A stretch of DNA of 26,576 nucleotides, taken from IMG/VR virus record IMGVR_UViG_3300037420_000738, positions 1 to 26,576 of that record. One strand, given 5' to 3'. Position 1 is the first letter of the stretch; every line of letters begins with the position of its first letter. The notes below the pieces were generated by a model. It did no database searches. It worked only from the letters and a program-made list of their open reading frames with translations, and was not told the origin of the DNA. Below, piece by piece: positions 8,195 to 18,073 of this stretch. This DNA comes from a virus. Lineage: Duplodnaviria; Caudoviricetes. Both the position numbers and the translations under genes were made by a program.

Positions 8195-8442
8195 CCGGGG
8201 GGAACGCCAACTCCTACTACATAGCGCGTCGGTACTTCAACCTCTCACCCGAGGAATGGAACGACCTCCCATGGTGGCTTTCAGTAGCCTACCTCGAAGG
8301 GTTGGCGGACCAAGGAATCCTCAAGGGGGACAAGAACCGCAGCAACCCAGGCAATCCGGGGCCCGGCACCGGACAGGCCACCGTCGATTACTCCGACGCA
8401 GTGCCGTTGCCTAAGGGATTCCAGACTCGCCGTGCCGGGTGA
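7718..8442 (+). CDS. Frameshifted tail assembly chaperone (gpGT analog), about 241 aa
   Basis: -1 shift at 8161-8167 joins the chaperone to the 8140..8442 ORF (...IRPK-KDNPRYEAL...EEWNDLPWW...), which has no convincing RBS of its own. Confidence 0.78.
8161..8167 (+). other. Programmed -1 ribosomal frameshift site C CCA AAA
   Basis: X XXY YYZ heptamer CCCAAAA in the correct phase of the chaperone ORF (CGC CCA AAA AGG); the -1 frame is open to 8442. Confidence 0.8.
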
Positions 8443-8460
8443 GAGAAGGGACGACCCAGA

Positions 8461-11100
8461 GTGAGCACCTTTAACGCGGGAGCGATCGAGGCAAACCTCA
8501 CTCTGGGTCGTTCCGGATGGACCAAGGATCTGCAAAAGACCAAGAAGGAAATTGCAGAACTGGAGAAGAAGTCCATCACCATCGGCGTTGACCTCGACAC
8601 CGACAACGCGCAAGTGTCGATGGATAACCTCGAGTTGTTTCTCGAGGACCTCGACGGCAAGGAATACTCTCCGACCATCGACTTGATCGTGAACGACGCG
8701 ATGCAGGCGTTGGAGGAGTTCGAAGCCCGGCTCGATGCGCTCGACGCTCGCCGGGTTCTGGTATCAGCGGACGCTGACACGGACAACGCAATCATCGCGT
8801 TGGACAACCTCGAAAACCACATGGACGTTCTGGAGAACGACCCTATCCAGATCACTGCTGACGTGGATATCGATCGTGCTACTGCTGGGTTGACCGACCT
8901 GGAAGCAATGATCGAGATGTTCGATGACCAAACCATCAACATCAACGCCGACATGGACTCCGCTGCTGCCATTGCGCAGATGGAGACTCTCGCTCTTGGG
9001 ATCGAAGCGCTGGACGGGCGCGACATCGACATCGCCGTAGACTTCGATCAGGCGGCTATGGCGTCCCTCGTCGGCACGGGTGGCGAGGCAGGCGGCAGTC
9101 TTGGCCTGCTTAAGATTCTGATGTACGCGATCATCGCCTTGTCGCCTGTTCTTGCTGTGGCGACTTCGGCGGCCACCGCCGCAGTGATTGGCTTTGCTGC
9201 CGCTGCTGCCGGGGCGGTTGGCGCAGTTGCCGGTCTAGCAGCCGGCATTGCGGCATTGGTGTATCGTTTTAACAGCACTGATCCGTCCGAGTACACTCCG
9301 GCGATGCAAAAGTTCGCTGATGCGATCCAGATGGTCAAGGACGCGTGGGTCACGTTCACCGACTCAATCGAGACCCCCGGCTTTGAACTTATGGCGCAGG
9401 GCGTGGAATTGCTGGCGTTGGTCATTCCGTCTCTCACGCCGCTGTTCCTCGCAGTTGCCGACGCAATGTCTGGTGTGCTCGACGGAATTAAGGATTGGAT
9501 CGGATCACCCGAATATCAGGAGATGATCGACTTCTTCTCCGGGTTCGGCGTGGACATGCTGGTGTCCTTCCTCAAGATCGGCGGCAATCTGATCCGGTTC
9601 TTCGGTCGCCTGTTCCAGGCGATTGCTCCCTTCGCCGAAGAGATGATGAAGGGGTTGGAGGGCGTTACCCAGGGTTGGATGGATTGGGCTGACGACCTCG
9701 AAAACAATAAGGGTTTCCAGGATTTCGTAGACAACGCACTAGAGTACGGCCCGATGCTCCTCGACATGTTGGGGTCGCTGGTCCAGGCGTTCATGAATCT
9801 TGGTGAGGCATTGGAGCCGTTTGCCGGCCCGATGATCGAAGCCCTCACGTGGCTGTTCGATCTAATCGCCAATGCTGATCCGACCGCGCTGTCCGCTATC
9901 ATCGCTGTTCTCGCGGGCCTGTGGCTGGGATTCAACGTGCTGGCTCCCGTAATCTCGACTGTGGCGGGTGCGTTCACGGCCCTCGCCGCTGCTCTTGGCA
10001 TCGGGCTAGGGCCGCTGCTCCTCATCGTGGCGGCTGTCGCAGCGATCGGTGCTGCTGTTTGGTACCTGTGGGAGACGAACGAGGGCTTCCGCGAAGCGAT
10101 CATCGATTCGTGGAACGAGATTTACGCGGCAATTGCGCCTATTGTGCAGGCGGTCGTGGACCTGTTCATGGAGAACTGGCCCGCGATCAAGGATTTCCTG
10201 ATGGGTCTGTGGGAAGACATCTCCAGCATCATCGGTGACGCGTTGATCATCATCATGCAGAACTTCGAATGGATGGGTAACGCTATCCAGGCATTCTGGA
10301 GTCTGTACGGTGAGTACATCATGAACACCGTTAAGACGGCCTTCCAGACTATCGGCGGGGTCATTAAGGGTGCGCTGCAGACGATCAAGGGCATTTTCCA
10401 GGTGTTCTCCGGTCTCTTGACCGGCGACTGGAAGAAGATGTTTGAAGGTCTCAAGAACGTGATGGGCGGTCCGATCACGATCATCAAGGCGCTGTTCAAC
10501 CAGATCAAGAGCACCTTCGAGAACGTCGTCAACGGTGTCAAGAACGGCATCACGACGATGGTCAACTTCTTCAAGGGGCTACCCGGCAAGGTTAGTGGCG
10601 CCGTCAAGAATGCGTTTAGTGGGCTGTGGACCGCCTTTAAGGGCGTGCTCAACGACATGATCCGAGCATGGAACAACCTGTCGTTCACCGTCGACATCCC
10701 CGACAAGATCCCGGGTCTGCCGGATAAGTTCACTATCAACACTCCGAATGTGCCCCTGCTGGCGGAGGGTGCGTACCTCAACGAGGCCACCCTCGCGGTC
10801 GTCGGTGAGGCTGGCCCGGAGATTGTGGCCCCGGAGCCGGTACTGGAGCGGATCGTTTCGGAGAATAGCGGGAGTAACATCGACTATGGTAGGCTCGCCG
10901 CAGCGGTCGCTGCCGCCTTCGGTGGAGTACTGACCAACTTCGGTCTGGCCACCCGGGACGACATCGAGCGCCTGATCGAAGCAGCAGGAGTCCAGATCGA
11001 CGTCGACGCACGATCGGAAGGGTTCAGCACCAAGGAATTCATCCAGAGGCTGATGTTCGAACTTCGGGTTCTGGGATACGGAGGGGTACGGAATGCCTGA
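8461..11100 (+). CDS. Tape measure protein
   Basis: 879 aa after the chaperones; 'AGAIEANLTL' start, hydrophobic Ala/Gly-rich segments, periodic W/F amphipathic repeats, C-terminal 'LAEGA...AVVGEAGPEIVAP' motif. Confidence 0.93.
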   Translation: MSTFNAGAIEANLTLGRSGWTKDLQKTKKEIAELEKKSITIGVDLDTDNAQVSMDNLELFLEDLDGKEYSPTIDLIVNDAMQALEEFEARLDALDARRVLVSADADTDNAIIALDNLENHMDVLENDPIQITADVDIDRATAGLTDLEAMIEMFDDQTININADMDSAAAIAQMETLALGIEALDGRDIDIAVDFDQAAMASLVGTGGEAGGSLGLLKILMYAIIALSPVLAVATSAATAAVIGFAAAAAGAVGAVAGLAAGIAALVYRFNSTDPSEYTPAMQKFADAIQMVKDAWVTFTDSIETPGFELMAQGVELLALVIPSLTPLFLAVADAMSGVLDGIKDWIGSPEYQEMIDFFSGFGVDMLVSFLKIGGNLIRFFGRLFQAIAPFAEEMMKGLEGVTQGWMDWADDLENNKGFQDFVDNALEYGPMLLDMLGSLVQAFMNLGEALEPFAGPMIEALTWLFDLIANADPTALSAIIAVLAGLWLGFNVLAPVISTVAGAFTALAAALGIGLGPLLLIVAAVAAIGAAVWYLWETNEGFREAIIDSWNEIYAAIAPIVQAVVDLFMENWPAIKDFLMGLWEDISSIIGDALIIIMQNFEWMGNAIQAFWSLYGEYIMNTVKTAFQTIGGVIKGALQTIKGIFQVFSGLLTGDWKKMFEGLKNVMGGPITIIKALFNQIKSTFENVVNGVKNGITTMVNFFKGLPGKVSGAVKNAFSGLWTAFKGVLNDMIRAWNNLSFTVDIPDKIPGLPDKFTINTPNVPLLAEGAYLNEATLAVVGEAGPEIVAPEPVLERIVSENSGSNIDYGRLAAAVAAAFGGVLTNFGLATRDDIERLIEAAGVQIDVDARSEGFSTKEFIQRLMFELRVLGYGGVRNA

Positions 11101-11998
11101 CATCAACGCGTGGAGGCTCGCGTACCCCGGCACCGTGTTCGACTTCGGCACCTTGGCCAACGACTACCCGTTCCAGACGCAGGTCGAAATTGGTGACACT
11201 GACTCCGATGTGCAGGATCAGCGCCACCCTACCTCGGACGGCACGGTCATGGGCATCGACTCGCTCGGCGGGTTTCCGCTGACGTTCGACATCACGACCA
11301 TTCCCGAGTTCCCGATCCCGGACGAACCGTGGAATGTGGCGCTCGATCTGTTCTCAGCGATGAAGGCGGCTTGGCGGGCCGATGCGGTTCGACAGACCCC
11401 TGGCGCGTACGCGACGATGACCAATCTGAATCGTAACCGGATGGTCTACGGTCGCCCTCGCAAGATCGCACCCAAGATGAGTCGCCTCCGCAAGGGATTC
11501 ATCGGGGTTGTGGCCACCTTCGAGACCAACGATCCCAACTTCTATGACGCTACGGAGAAGTTGGCAATCATCACGCCGGTTCCGCCCCCGGCTGGCGGGT
11601 TCACGGCTCCCCTGACCCCTCCATTGTCGACGGCGGGATCGGCTGCTGAAATCGCGGCTACCAATAACGAGGGCGATCTGGCCGCTTGGCCGGTCATCAA
11701 GTTCCATGGCCCGGGTACGTTCTTCTCACTCAGTCTGTTGGATGGGCTTGGGCACGCGCTGTGGACGGTCACAGCAGTCGGGCAGATCAACTTCGACCAG
11801 ATCATGACCATCGACACTCGTCCGTGGGCGCGTTCGGCTACTATCAACGGTGGACCCGCCAATGGTAGACTGCGGGGTACAGCCCTGGAGCAGTGCCGAA
11901 TCCCGGTCGGGGAGTTCACGCTGCAGTTCAAGGTCTCAGATTCATCCGGCACCGCGTTTGCTGACATCCGTTGGCGTGACGCTTACGCATCACTGTAG
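11093..11998 (+). CDS. Minor tail protein (distal tail, Dit-like)
   Basis: 301 aa after tape measure; 'VYGRPR', 'NEGDLAAWPVIKFHGP', 'IDTRPW', terminal 'WRDAY' typical of actinophage Dit proteins. Confidence 0.8.
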   Translation: MPDINAWRLAYPGTVFDFGTLANDYPFQTQVEIGDTDSDVQDQRHPTSDGTVMGIDSLGGFPLTFDITTIPEFPIPDEPWNVALDLFSAMKAAWRADAVRQTPGAYATMTNLNRNRMVYGRPRKIAPKMSRLRKGFIGVVATFETNDPNFYDATEKLAIITPVPPPAGGFTAPLTPPLSTAGSAAEIAATNNEGDLAAWPVIKFHGPGTFFSLSLLDGLGHALWTVTAVGQINFDQIMTIDTRPWARSATINGGPANGRLRGTALEQCRIPVGEFTLQFKVSDSSGTAFADIRWRDAYASL

Positions 11999-12006
11999 GA
12001 GGAAAC

Positions 12007-12957
12007 ATGACGTGGGAAGGCGTTCCGTGGATGGTCGCCGGAGGCGAGCACTCGGCTGAGGTCGGGCGGCTTCTGGCGTTCGCAGCGATCAGCGGCGGTG
12101 AGGGTGTTGCTTCCCCGAGCGACTGCAAGGTGGTTGCCTCTGCGATTCCGGACGGCAATATTCACATCCAGCCGGGCGCGGTCGGTGTTCTGAACCGATT
12201 CCCGGGTGGGTCGTCGCAGGCATACCTCCTGCGCAACATCGGAGACGAAGTCGAGGCCATGACTCCGCAGGGTTCGTCCGGCGTCCGGTACGACCTCGTG
12301 GCCGTCATCGTCGAGGACCCGCAGTACCCCGGCCAGCCTGCCCCGCCGAGCATTCCGGACGGCCCGTATCTGCGCACCGTGGTCTACGAGGATGTGGCCT
12401 CGACCGTCACATCCCTCGCTGAGGTCGACGCGGATCAGTCCGGGTACGCGCTCGCTCGCGTCAAGTTCGACGCCAGCGACGGCACGGTGACCAACGCGGA
12501 CATCACCGACCTCCGCCGACTTCTGATGCCGCGATCCCAGCGGTTCCTGCGCTCCACCGACAACGCGGGAGGAGTGGCGCTCACGTCGGCGGCCTACGTC
12601 ACGTGGCCACCGGCTCCCGCCGTGTTCAACGTGGACGTCCCGCCGTGGGCCACGCACGCCACCATCATCTGTCACCTGTCGGGAGTGGTGAATTTCCCAC
12701 CGCAGATGCTCGGCGGCATGGCGATCAAGCTCGGCACGTTGATGGGGCCGAACGTCGGCCTCGACCTGGACCCGGTCGACAGCAGTCGTATCTCGTGGTC
12801 CATCCCGGCTGACTTGGTGATTTCGCCGGAGATGCGGGGGACCACCCAGCAGTTGAGCCTGCAGGCCTTTCGACAGGCGGGCTTTACCGGTACTCTCAAC
12901 ACGTGGGCCGGGTCGTCTACCACCTTTGACGTGAACTTCACGGAGCGTCCGCTGTAA
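12007..12957 (+). CDS. Minor tail protein
   Basis: 316 aa; SD AGGAGG; 'VPWMVAGGEHSAEVGR', 'RYDLV...VEDPQY', 'VTNADITDLR' typical of actinophage minor tails. Confidence 0.8.
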   Translation: MTWEGVPWMVAGGEHSAEVGRLLAFAAISGGEGVASPSDCKVVASAIPDGNIHIQPGAVGVLNRFPGGSSQAYLLRNIGDEVEAMTPQGSSGVRYDLVAVIVEDPQYPGQPAPPSIPDGPYLRTVVYEDVASTVTSLAEVDADQSGYALARVKFDASDGTVTNADITDLRRLLMPRSQRFLRSTDNAGGVALTSAAYVTWPPAPAVFNVDVPPWATHATIICHLSGVVNFPPQMLGGMAIKLGTLMGPNVGLDLDPVDSSRISWSIPADLVISPEMRGTTQQLSLQAFRQAGFTGTLNTWAGSSTTFDVNFTERPL

Positions 12958-14147
12958 TGAGCGCCCGATACTACGTTCAGAGGGCGAGCACCGGGCTGTG
13001 GTTGGACACCAACGCACAGTTGGGTGACACGTCTCTGACGTGGGGTCTGTCGGGTCCCAACTCGGCTCGCGCGTTGGTCGCCAGCGGCACCAATCTCAAC
13101 CCTTATGCCGAGGACGGGCGTAAGGTCTGGGGTAAGTGGGACACGCTGATGTTCGTCGAGGAGGATGGTCAGATCACGTGGGGCGGCATCTGCTCCGAAG
13201 TTAGCCCTGATGATAAGGGGCTCCAGTTGGAGTTCATCGGTGGTGTAGGCTGGCTGCAGCGGGTTGACTACAATCAGCGGTACAGCGTGTGGAAGACGAA
13301 CGTGTTTGACGTGGTGCGCCACCTTGTCGGGTATGCGATGACCAAGACGCCGTCGATCCGATTCGCGATGCCGACGACCATGTCGGCTTTTTCGGTTGGC
13401 GACAAGCAGCCCGATGAGCCGGAGCCGCAAGAGCCGCCTCGCCCCCTTGGTGTGGACGAGAACACATGGCAGAACTCGGACGAGTACACTCGCTATTCCC
13501 AGATGCACGATGATTGGGACAGGCAGTATGGCGACCGCAAGACGTTTGACATCTTCTGGTACGAGGCTCCATACGTCGGCGAGGAAATCGATACCCTGGC
13601 CAAGGAGGTAGGGTTCGAGTACCGTGAGCGGGTGGAATGGCGCGACCGAGGCGCGCTGGCGTACCAGTTCTACTTCGATTTCGCGGACGATATGGCTCGT
13701 CGCCGTGACGACGTCGAGTTCGTGGACGGCATGAATATTGCCAAGGCTCTCGACCCCAAGAACGGCGCAACCAACTTCGCAAACCGGGTCATCGCACTAG
13801 GGTCTGGTGAGGGACGAGACATGGCGCGAGCCAGCGTCGCAGTTAACGACGGCCGCTTGTATCAGGCAGAGTTTGTTCAGTACAAATCCATCGCCAAGGA
13901 GGATCGACTCCGTGCGCTCGCTCAAGTAGACCTCGTCGGTCTCAACAACACGGACCCGAAAATCGACTCGGTCACGGTGTGGGACGTGCCGGGCTATTCG
14001 CCCGTTAAGTCGCTGCTGGTTGGCGACGAAGTAATGGTTCGGTCCGACAAGGTGTCCCCGCCCATCGCGACTTGGGTCAAGATCCTCAAGATCACCCGTG
14101 ACCCCAGGTCCAATATCGCTGTTCTGATCGTGGAGACGGTAGCATGA
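12957..14147 (+). CDS. Minor tail protein (baseplate hub/Tal-like)
   Basis: 396 aa; 'LSGP', 'ITWGGI', 'FANRVIALGSGEG', 'VGDEV' motifs; TAATG overlap; position. Confidence 0.78.
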   Translation: MSARYYVQRASTGLWLDTNAQLGDTSLTWGLSGPNSARALVASGTNLNPYAEDGRKVWGKWDTLMFVEEDGQITWGGICSEVSPDDKGLQLEFIGGVGWLQRVDYNQRYSVWKTNVFDVVRHLVGYAMTKTPSIRFAMPTTMSAFSVGDKQPDEPEPQEPPRPLGVDENTWQNSDEYTRYSQMHDDWDRQYGDRKTFDIFWYEAPYVGEEIDTLAKEVGFEYRERVEWRDRGALAYQFYFDFADDMARRRDDVEFVDGMNIAKALDPKNGATNFANRVIALGSGEGRDMARASVAVNDGRLYQAEFVQYKSIAKEDRLRALAQVDLVGLNNTDPKIDSVTVWDVPGYSPVKSLLVGDEVMVRSDKVSPPIATWVKILKITRDPRSNIAVLIVETVA

Positions 14148-17100
14148 CTGACAATCCGGAAGTCTACGTACTGGCGCAGCAGATCAACCAGCTGCAGCGC
14201 CAGATGCGCACGCTGGCGCGGGCGGCCCAGGGCCCGCGCCGGTCCGTAGACGTCGGAGAAGGCGGCACCACGTATTACGGGGAAGATGGTACGCCGCTAC
14301 AGCGGACCGGCATCCAGCGGGACGGCACCTTCGGAACGATCAACATCGACCCGTCGGTTCCGTCTACCCCGAATCAGGCCACCGTCGAATCGGTCATCGG
14401 CGGAATCCGGATCATGTGGGACGGTACGTTCGTCCAGACCAACTGGACCTCGATGATGTCGCATGTCGAGGTCCACGTGTCCAGCGAGCCCGGGTTTCTG
14501 CCCACTGATCTTACACAGGTGGCGGTGTTCAACTCGTCCCACGGCGGCGAGTTCGTGTACGCTACCCCCAACGACGACTCCCTCAAGTACGTGGCGCTGG
14601 TCACGGTGTCGCAGGCCCGCGTGGAGTCCCCCAAGTCCGTTGAAGTGTCGGGATCTGGACTACTTACTGATGCGATCACCCTCGAGTTGATCGACGACGT
14701 GATTCAAGCGCAGGCGACTGCTGACGGCAAGAACACGATCTATTACAGCACGGCTGAGCCGACTGGCGGAACGTACAAGGTCGACGACATCTGGTTCGAC
14801 CTGGACAATGACAACGCGATTTACCGCTGGGACGGCGACTCATGGGAGCCCACGCCTCTCGGCAGTGACGCGATCGCACCCGGGTCGATTGGTGCTACAG
14901 AGCTCGCTAACGCGATCAACACGGCCCTGTCTGACGCGCAGACTGCCGCAGACAACGCGCAGACTGCCGCCGATGCAGCAGGTGCAGCGGCTGCTGCTGC
15001 TCAGTCTGACGCTGACGCGGCTGCCGCTGACGCGGCTGCCGCCGCTGCTGCTGCTGCCGCCGCTCAAGGAGACGCGGACAACGCGCAGACCACGGCTGAT
15101 GGTAAGAACACGGTTTGGTACCAGACCGGCCCGCCTGCTGGCACAGACCACGTCGTCGATGACATCTGGTTCGACACTGACAACGACAACGCGGTTAGCC
15201 GGTGGGACGGCGCGGGATGGGTGCTGGAGCAGTTCGGCGGCTTCGCAATTGAAGACGCTGCGATCACTAACGCCAAGATCGCGAACGCCACCATCCAGTC
15301 GGCCAAGATCGCGAACCTCGACGCCGCCAAGATCACGACCGGCACGCTCGATGCGAACCGTATCGGCGCTGATTCGATCACTGCGTTCCACATCGCTACC
15401 GATGCTATCACTGCGAATGAGTTGAAGGCTGGCGCAGTCACCACGGCGAAGATCGTAGCAGGGGCCGTCACCGCGAACGAATTGGCCGCAAACTCGGTGA
15501 CTGCCGTCAAGATCGTAGCCGGCACGATCGACGCAACCAAGATGGTTGTGGGCACGATCACCGCCGCTTCGGGCATTATCGCAGACGCAGCGATCGGTAC
15601 GGCCAAGATCGTCGACGGTGCTATCACTACTGCCAAGATCGGCGACGCGCAGATTACCACGGCGAAGATCGGTAACCTGCAGGTCACGAACTCGCTTCTG
15701 GCCAGCGGCATCGACGCCGCTAAGATCACGGTTGGCATTCTCGAAGCCGGGCGTATCGCGGCTCAGTCGATCACTTCCGACAAGTTGTCGGTGGCCACGT
15801 TCGGCACCGAGGCAGTGGCCAACGGCTCGTTCGAGGATGGAATCGCGGTTGGTTGGACAACCAGCGGACCGGGCACGGTTACCACCGTTACTGGTATCTC
15901 GGGAGGTTCGGGCTCGAACGTACTACAGATCGCCCGTGACGGCACCGCTGGTTCGGTCACCGTTCAGCAGGCGACGGCGCAATACATCCCGGTTACCGCC
16001 AGCGCGAGCGGTAAGTGGATGGTCAAGGCGCGAGCCAAGGCCACCGGGGCTCTGGCTTCCGGGTTTACCTTGCGGGCCTCCTTCTTCCAGGCTGACAAGG
16101 TCACTCCCAGCGCGACTGCTAGTGTCGATATAGCGGCAAATGTGGCGCTTACTGTTAACTGGCAGGCTTTCGCTGGCCAGTTTACCATTCCGGCTGATGC
16201 CAAGTGGATGCGAGTAAGCGTGTTGCAGGCCACGGCTGGCTCCACGACACACGTCGACGAAATCACGGCTCAAGAAGTTGTGTCGGCGGTGCAGATCGCA
16301 GACGGGTCGATCGACGCATCCAAGATCAACGCGCAGACACTGACCGGTGTTACGATCCAGACGGACGCAGCGGCGGGAGTGGGCTTCAAGATCACTGCAG
16401 CAGGTGCTATTGCCTATTCCGCAGATGGACTCCGGTCCTCGCGAATGGAACCCACGGGTACCAACGCTGGCGGGTTCTCTTTCTACCAAGGTGCAACTTT
16501 GGTAGGAGGCATGGGAGCGGGGTATGTTCCTGCTTCGCCGTCTACCCCAGGTATCTACATCAGAGCAATTGACGCCAATGGCAAGGTCAACATGTATGCT
16601 CCCAAGGGCGTACTGGTGTCCCGTGACTCGGACGATCCTGCCTTGGCTTGGGCCGGGTTCATGGTCGACGGCCTGAACGAACTCGGTAGCGTTACGCGTC
16701 ACAGCCTCTACGTTAGCAATCAGGAGAGTGCGCGAGGATACCCGGTGTACTTCGCTACTTCGAAGTTCGCCGTGTCGTCTGGAAACCTGTCGCCAGATCC
16801 CAATATTTTCACCGACAGCAGCCAGGCTTATATCCGTGATCCCGGATCCGGAGGTTCGTTCTTCCGAGCGACGGCAGGTCGGTGTGACGCCACCGGTCAG
16901 TTTACGCATTCGTATGCCTCCATTAACGGGTTCATCAGCACTGGCTTGAATAATACCATCTCATCTGGTATCGCTCTAGGAATTAACACGTCGAATGCTA
17001 TTTGTTTCCGAGTCTCATCCGGACTCAAACATAAGGTAGACGTGCGTCCTCTCCGCAGTTACTTGGAAGAGAAGGGCGAAATTCACGCATCCAACGGAGC

Positions 17101-17494
17101 CCCCTACTCCGCCCGTGCCTCGGCTGCGGCATTTATCGGTCTCATGGATGACATTCCGATGGAAGAACCGGCCCGAGGAGAGGGTCGCGGACGCATCATC
17201 GACATCGAGCCGATCATCTACAAGGACCGGCATGAAGTTGAAATGCACATGGCCGACGACCCGGACTGGACCCCGTTCCCCCGGGACTGGATCGGATGGG
17301 CCGCTGACGACGTCGCGGAAGCCGGGTGGGAGGAATTGGTCACCCGGGACCCGGAGACGGGCGATCACGATTATCTCCACTACGACCGCATGCTTCCAGT
17401 AGTCGTGATAGAATTGCTGGACGAACTGAATACGCTGCGCGAGCGTATTTCATCCCTTGAGAATGGAGTACAGAATGTCCAACGTCGCAAGTAA
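14144..17494 (+). CDS. Tail fibre / receptor-binding protein with repeats, CBM-like domain and C-terminal intramolecular chaperone (peptidase S74-like)
   Basis: 1116 aa; duplicated 'ADGKNT...DDIWFD.DNDNA..RWDG' module around an Ala-rich coil; 10-residue 'AITxAKIxxx' repeats; 'ANGSFEDG...W' CBM4/9-like domain; 'SSGLKHKVDV', 'GWAADDV', 'LHYDRM', terminal coiled coil. Confidence 0.85.
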   Translation: MTDNPEVYVLAQQINQLQRQMRTLARAAQGPRRSVDVGEGGTTYYGEDGTPLQRTGIQRDGTFGTINIDPSVPSTPNQATVESVIGGIRIMWDGTFVQTNWTSMMSHVEVHVSSEPGFLPTDLTQVAVFNSSHGGEFVYATPNDDSLKYVALVTVSQARVESPKSVEVSGSGLLTDAITLELIDDVIQAQATADGKNTIYYSTAEPTGGTYKVDDIWFDLDNDNAIYRWDGDSWEPTPLGSDAIAPGSIGATELANAINTALSDAQTAADNAQTAADAAGAAAAAAQSDADAAAADAAAAAAAAAAAQGDADNAQTTADGKNTVWYQTGPPAGTDHVVDDIWFDTDNDNAVSRWDGAGWVLEQFGGFAIEDAAITNAKIANATIQSAKIANLDAAKITTGTLDANRIGADSITAFHIATDAITANELKAGAVTTAKIVAGAVTANELAANSVTAVKIVAGTIDATKMVVGTITAASGIIADAAIGTAKIVDGAITTAKIGDAQITTAKIGNLQVTNSLLASGIDAAKITVGILEAGRIAAQSITSDKLSVATFGTEAVANGSFEDGIAVGWTTSGPGTVTTVTGISGGSGSNVLQIARDGTAGSVTVQQATAQYIPVTASASGKWMVKARAKATGALASGFTLRASFFQADKVTPSATASVDIAANVALTVNWQAFAGQFTIPADAKWMRVSVLQATAGSTTHVDEITAQEVVSAVQIADGSIDASKINAQTLTGVTIQTDAAAGVGFKITAAGAIAYSADGLRSSRMEPTGTNAGGFSFYQGATLVGGMGAGYVPASPSTPGIYIRAIDANGKVNMYAPKGVLVSRDSDDPALAWAGFMVDGLNELGSVTRHSLYVSNQESARGYPVYFATSKFAVSSGNLSPDPNIFTDSSQAYIRDPGSGGSFFRATAGRCDATGQFTHSYASINGFISTGLNNTISSGIALGINTSNAICFRVSSGLKHKVDVRPLRSYLEEKGEIHASNGAPYSARASAAAFIGLMDDIPMEEPARGEGRGRIIDIEPIIYKDRHEVEMHMADDPDWTPFPRDWIGWAADDVAEAGWEELVTRDPETGDHDYLHYDRMLPVVVIELLDELNTLRERISSLENGVQNVQRRK

Positions 17495-17648
17495 CCCGAA
17501 CGAAGTCCCGATGACCGAGGTCATCGACCGTCTCTCCCGGCGCATTGCGCAGTTGGAGGTCGACAAGACCGTCCTCCAGATCGCACTGGAGCAGGCGACC
17601 GCTCCCGGTGAGGAGGCTTCGCAGCCGGAACAGGCCCCGGCGGAGTGA
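17475..17648 (+). CDS. Small coiled-coil hypothetical protein (57 aa)
   Basis: GGAG at 17466-17469 before ATG 17475 (preferred over the 17457 start); 'VIDRLSRRIAQLE' heptad pattern. Confidence 0.65.
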   Translation: MSNVASNPNEVPMTEVIDRLSRRIAQLEVDKTVLQIALEQATAPGEEASQPEQAPAE

Positions 17649-18073
17649 CCCTGATGCAGCGAGTCCGGTTCTACGTCACCGACAAATGGGCTGAGCACCT
17701 GTTGTCGGCGTGGATCACGAGCATCATGGGAATGGTGCATCTGGGACTCGGACTGGCGATCATCATCGGCGGTAAGCAGCGGTTCATCAGGCCGTCCTAC
17801 CAACCGCTGATCGACATGGTGAACGGTGAGACGTGGCTATGGGGTGTCGCGATCATCGTCTCAGCAATGCTGATGGTGACACCGTTCCGGTGGCCCATCA
17901 TCGCGGGGCTGTGGTTGGGGATGTTCTGGATGATCATGTGGATGTCCCTCTTCGCATACTCGACGGTGATGTACGAGAACGCGGCCTCTACGCCAATGGT
18001 GGCTTACGGAGGATTCGCGCTCATCAATGCAGCACTGTTGACTGCGAGGGTGATGAGTAAAGATGAGGGGTGA
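17645..18073 (+). CDS. Membrane protein with about 4 TM helices (lysis-cassette, holin-like)
   Basis: 142 aa, four hydrophobic stretches; GTGA overlap with upstream gene. Confidence 0.75.
   Translation: MTLMQRVRFYVTDKWAEHLLSAWITSIMGMVHLGLGLAIIIGGKQRFIRPSYQPLIDMVNGETWLWGVAIIVSAMLMVTPFRWPIIAGLWLGMFWMIMWMSLFAYSTVMYENAASTPMVAYGGFALINAALLTARVMSKDEG

Noticed and set aside
14930-15095. GCT/GCC-rich low-complexity tract
   Set aside because: Encodes the Ala-rich coiled coil of the tail fibre; not a separate element.
14144-17494. Diversity-generating retroelement targeting the tail fibre
   Set aside because: No reverse transcriptase in the window and no template/variable repeat pair differing only at adenines was seen.
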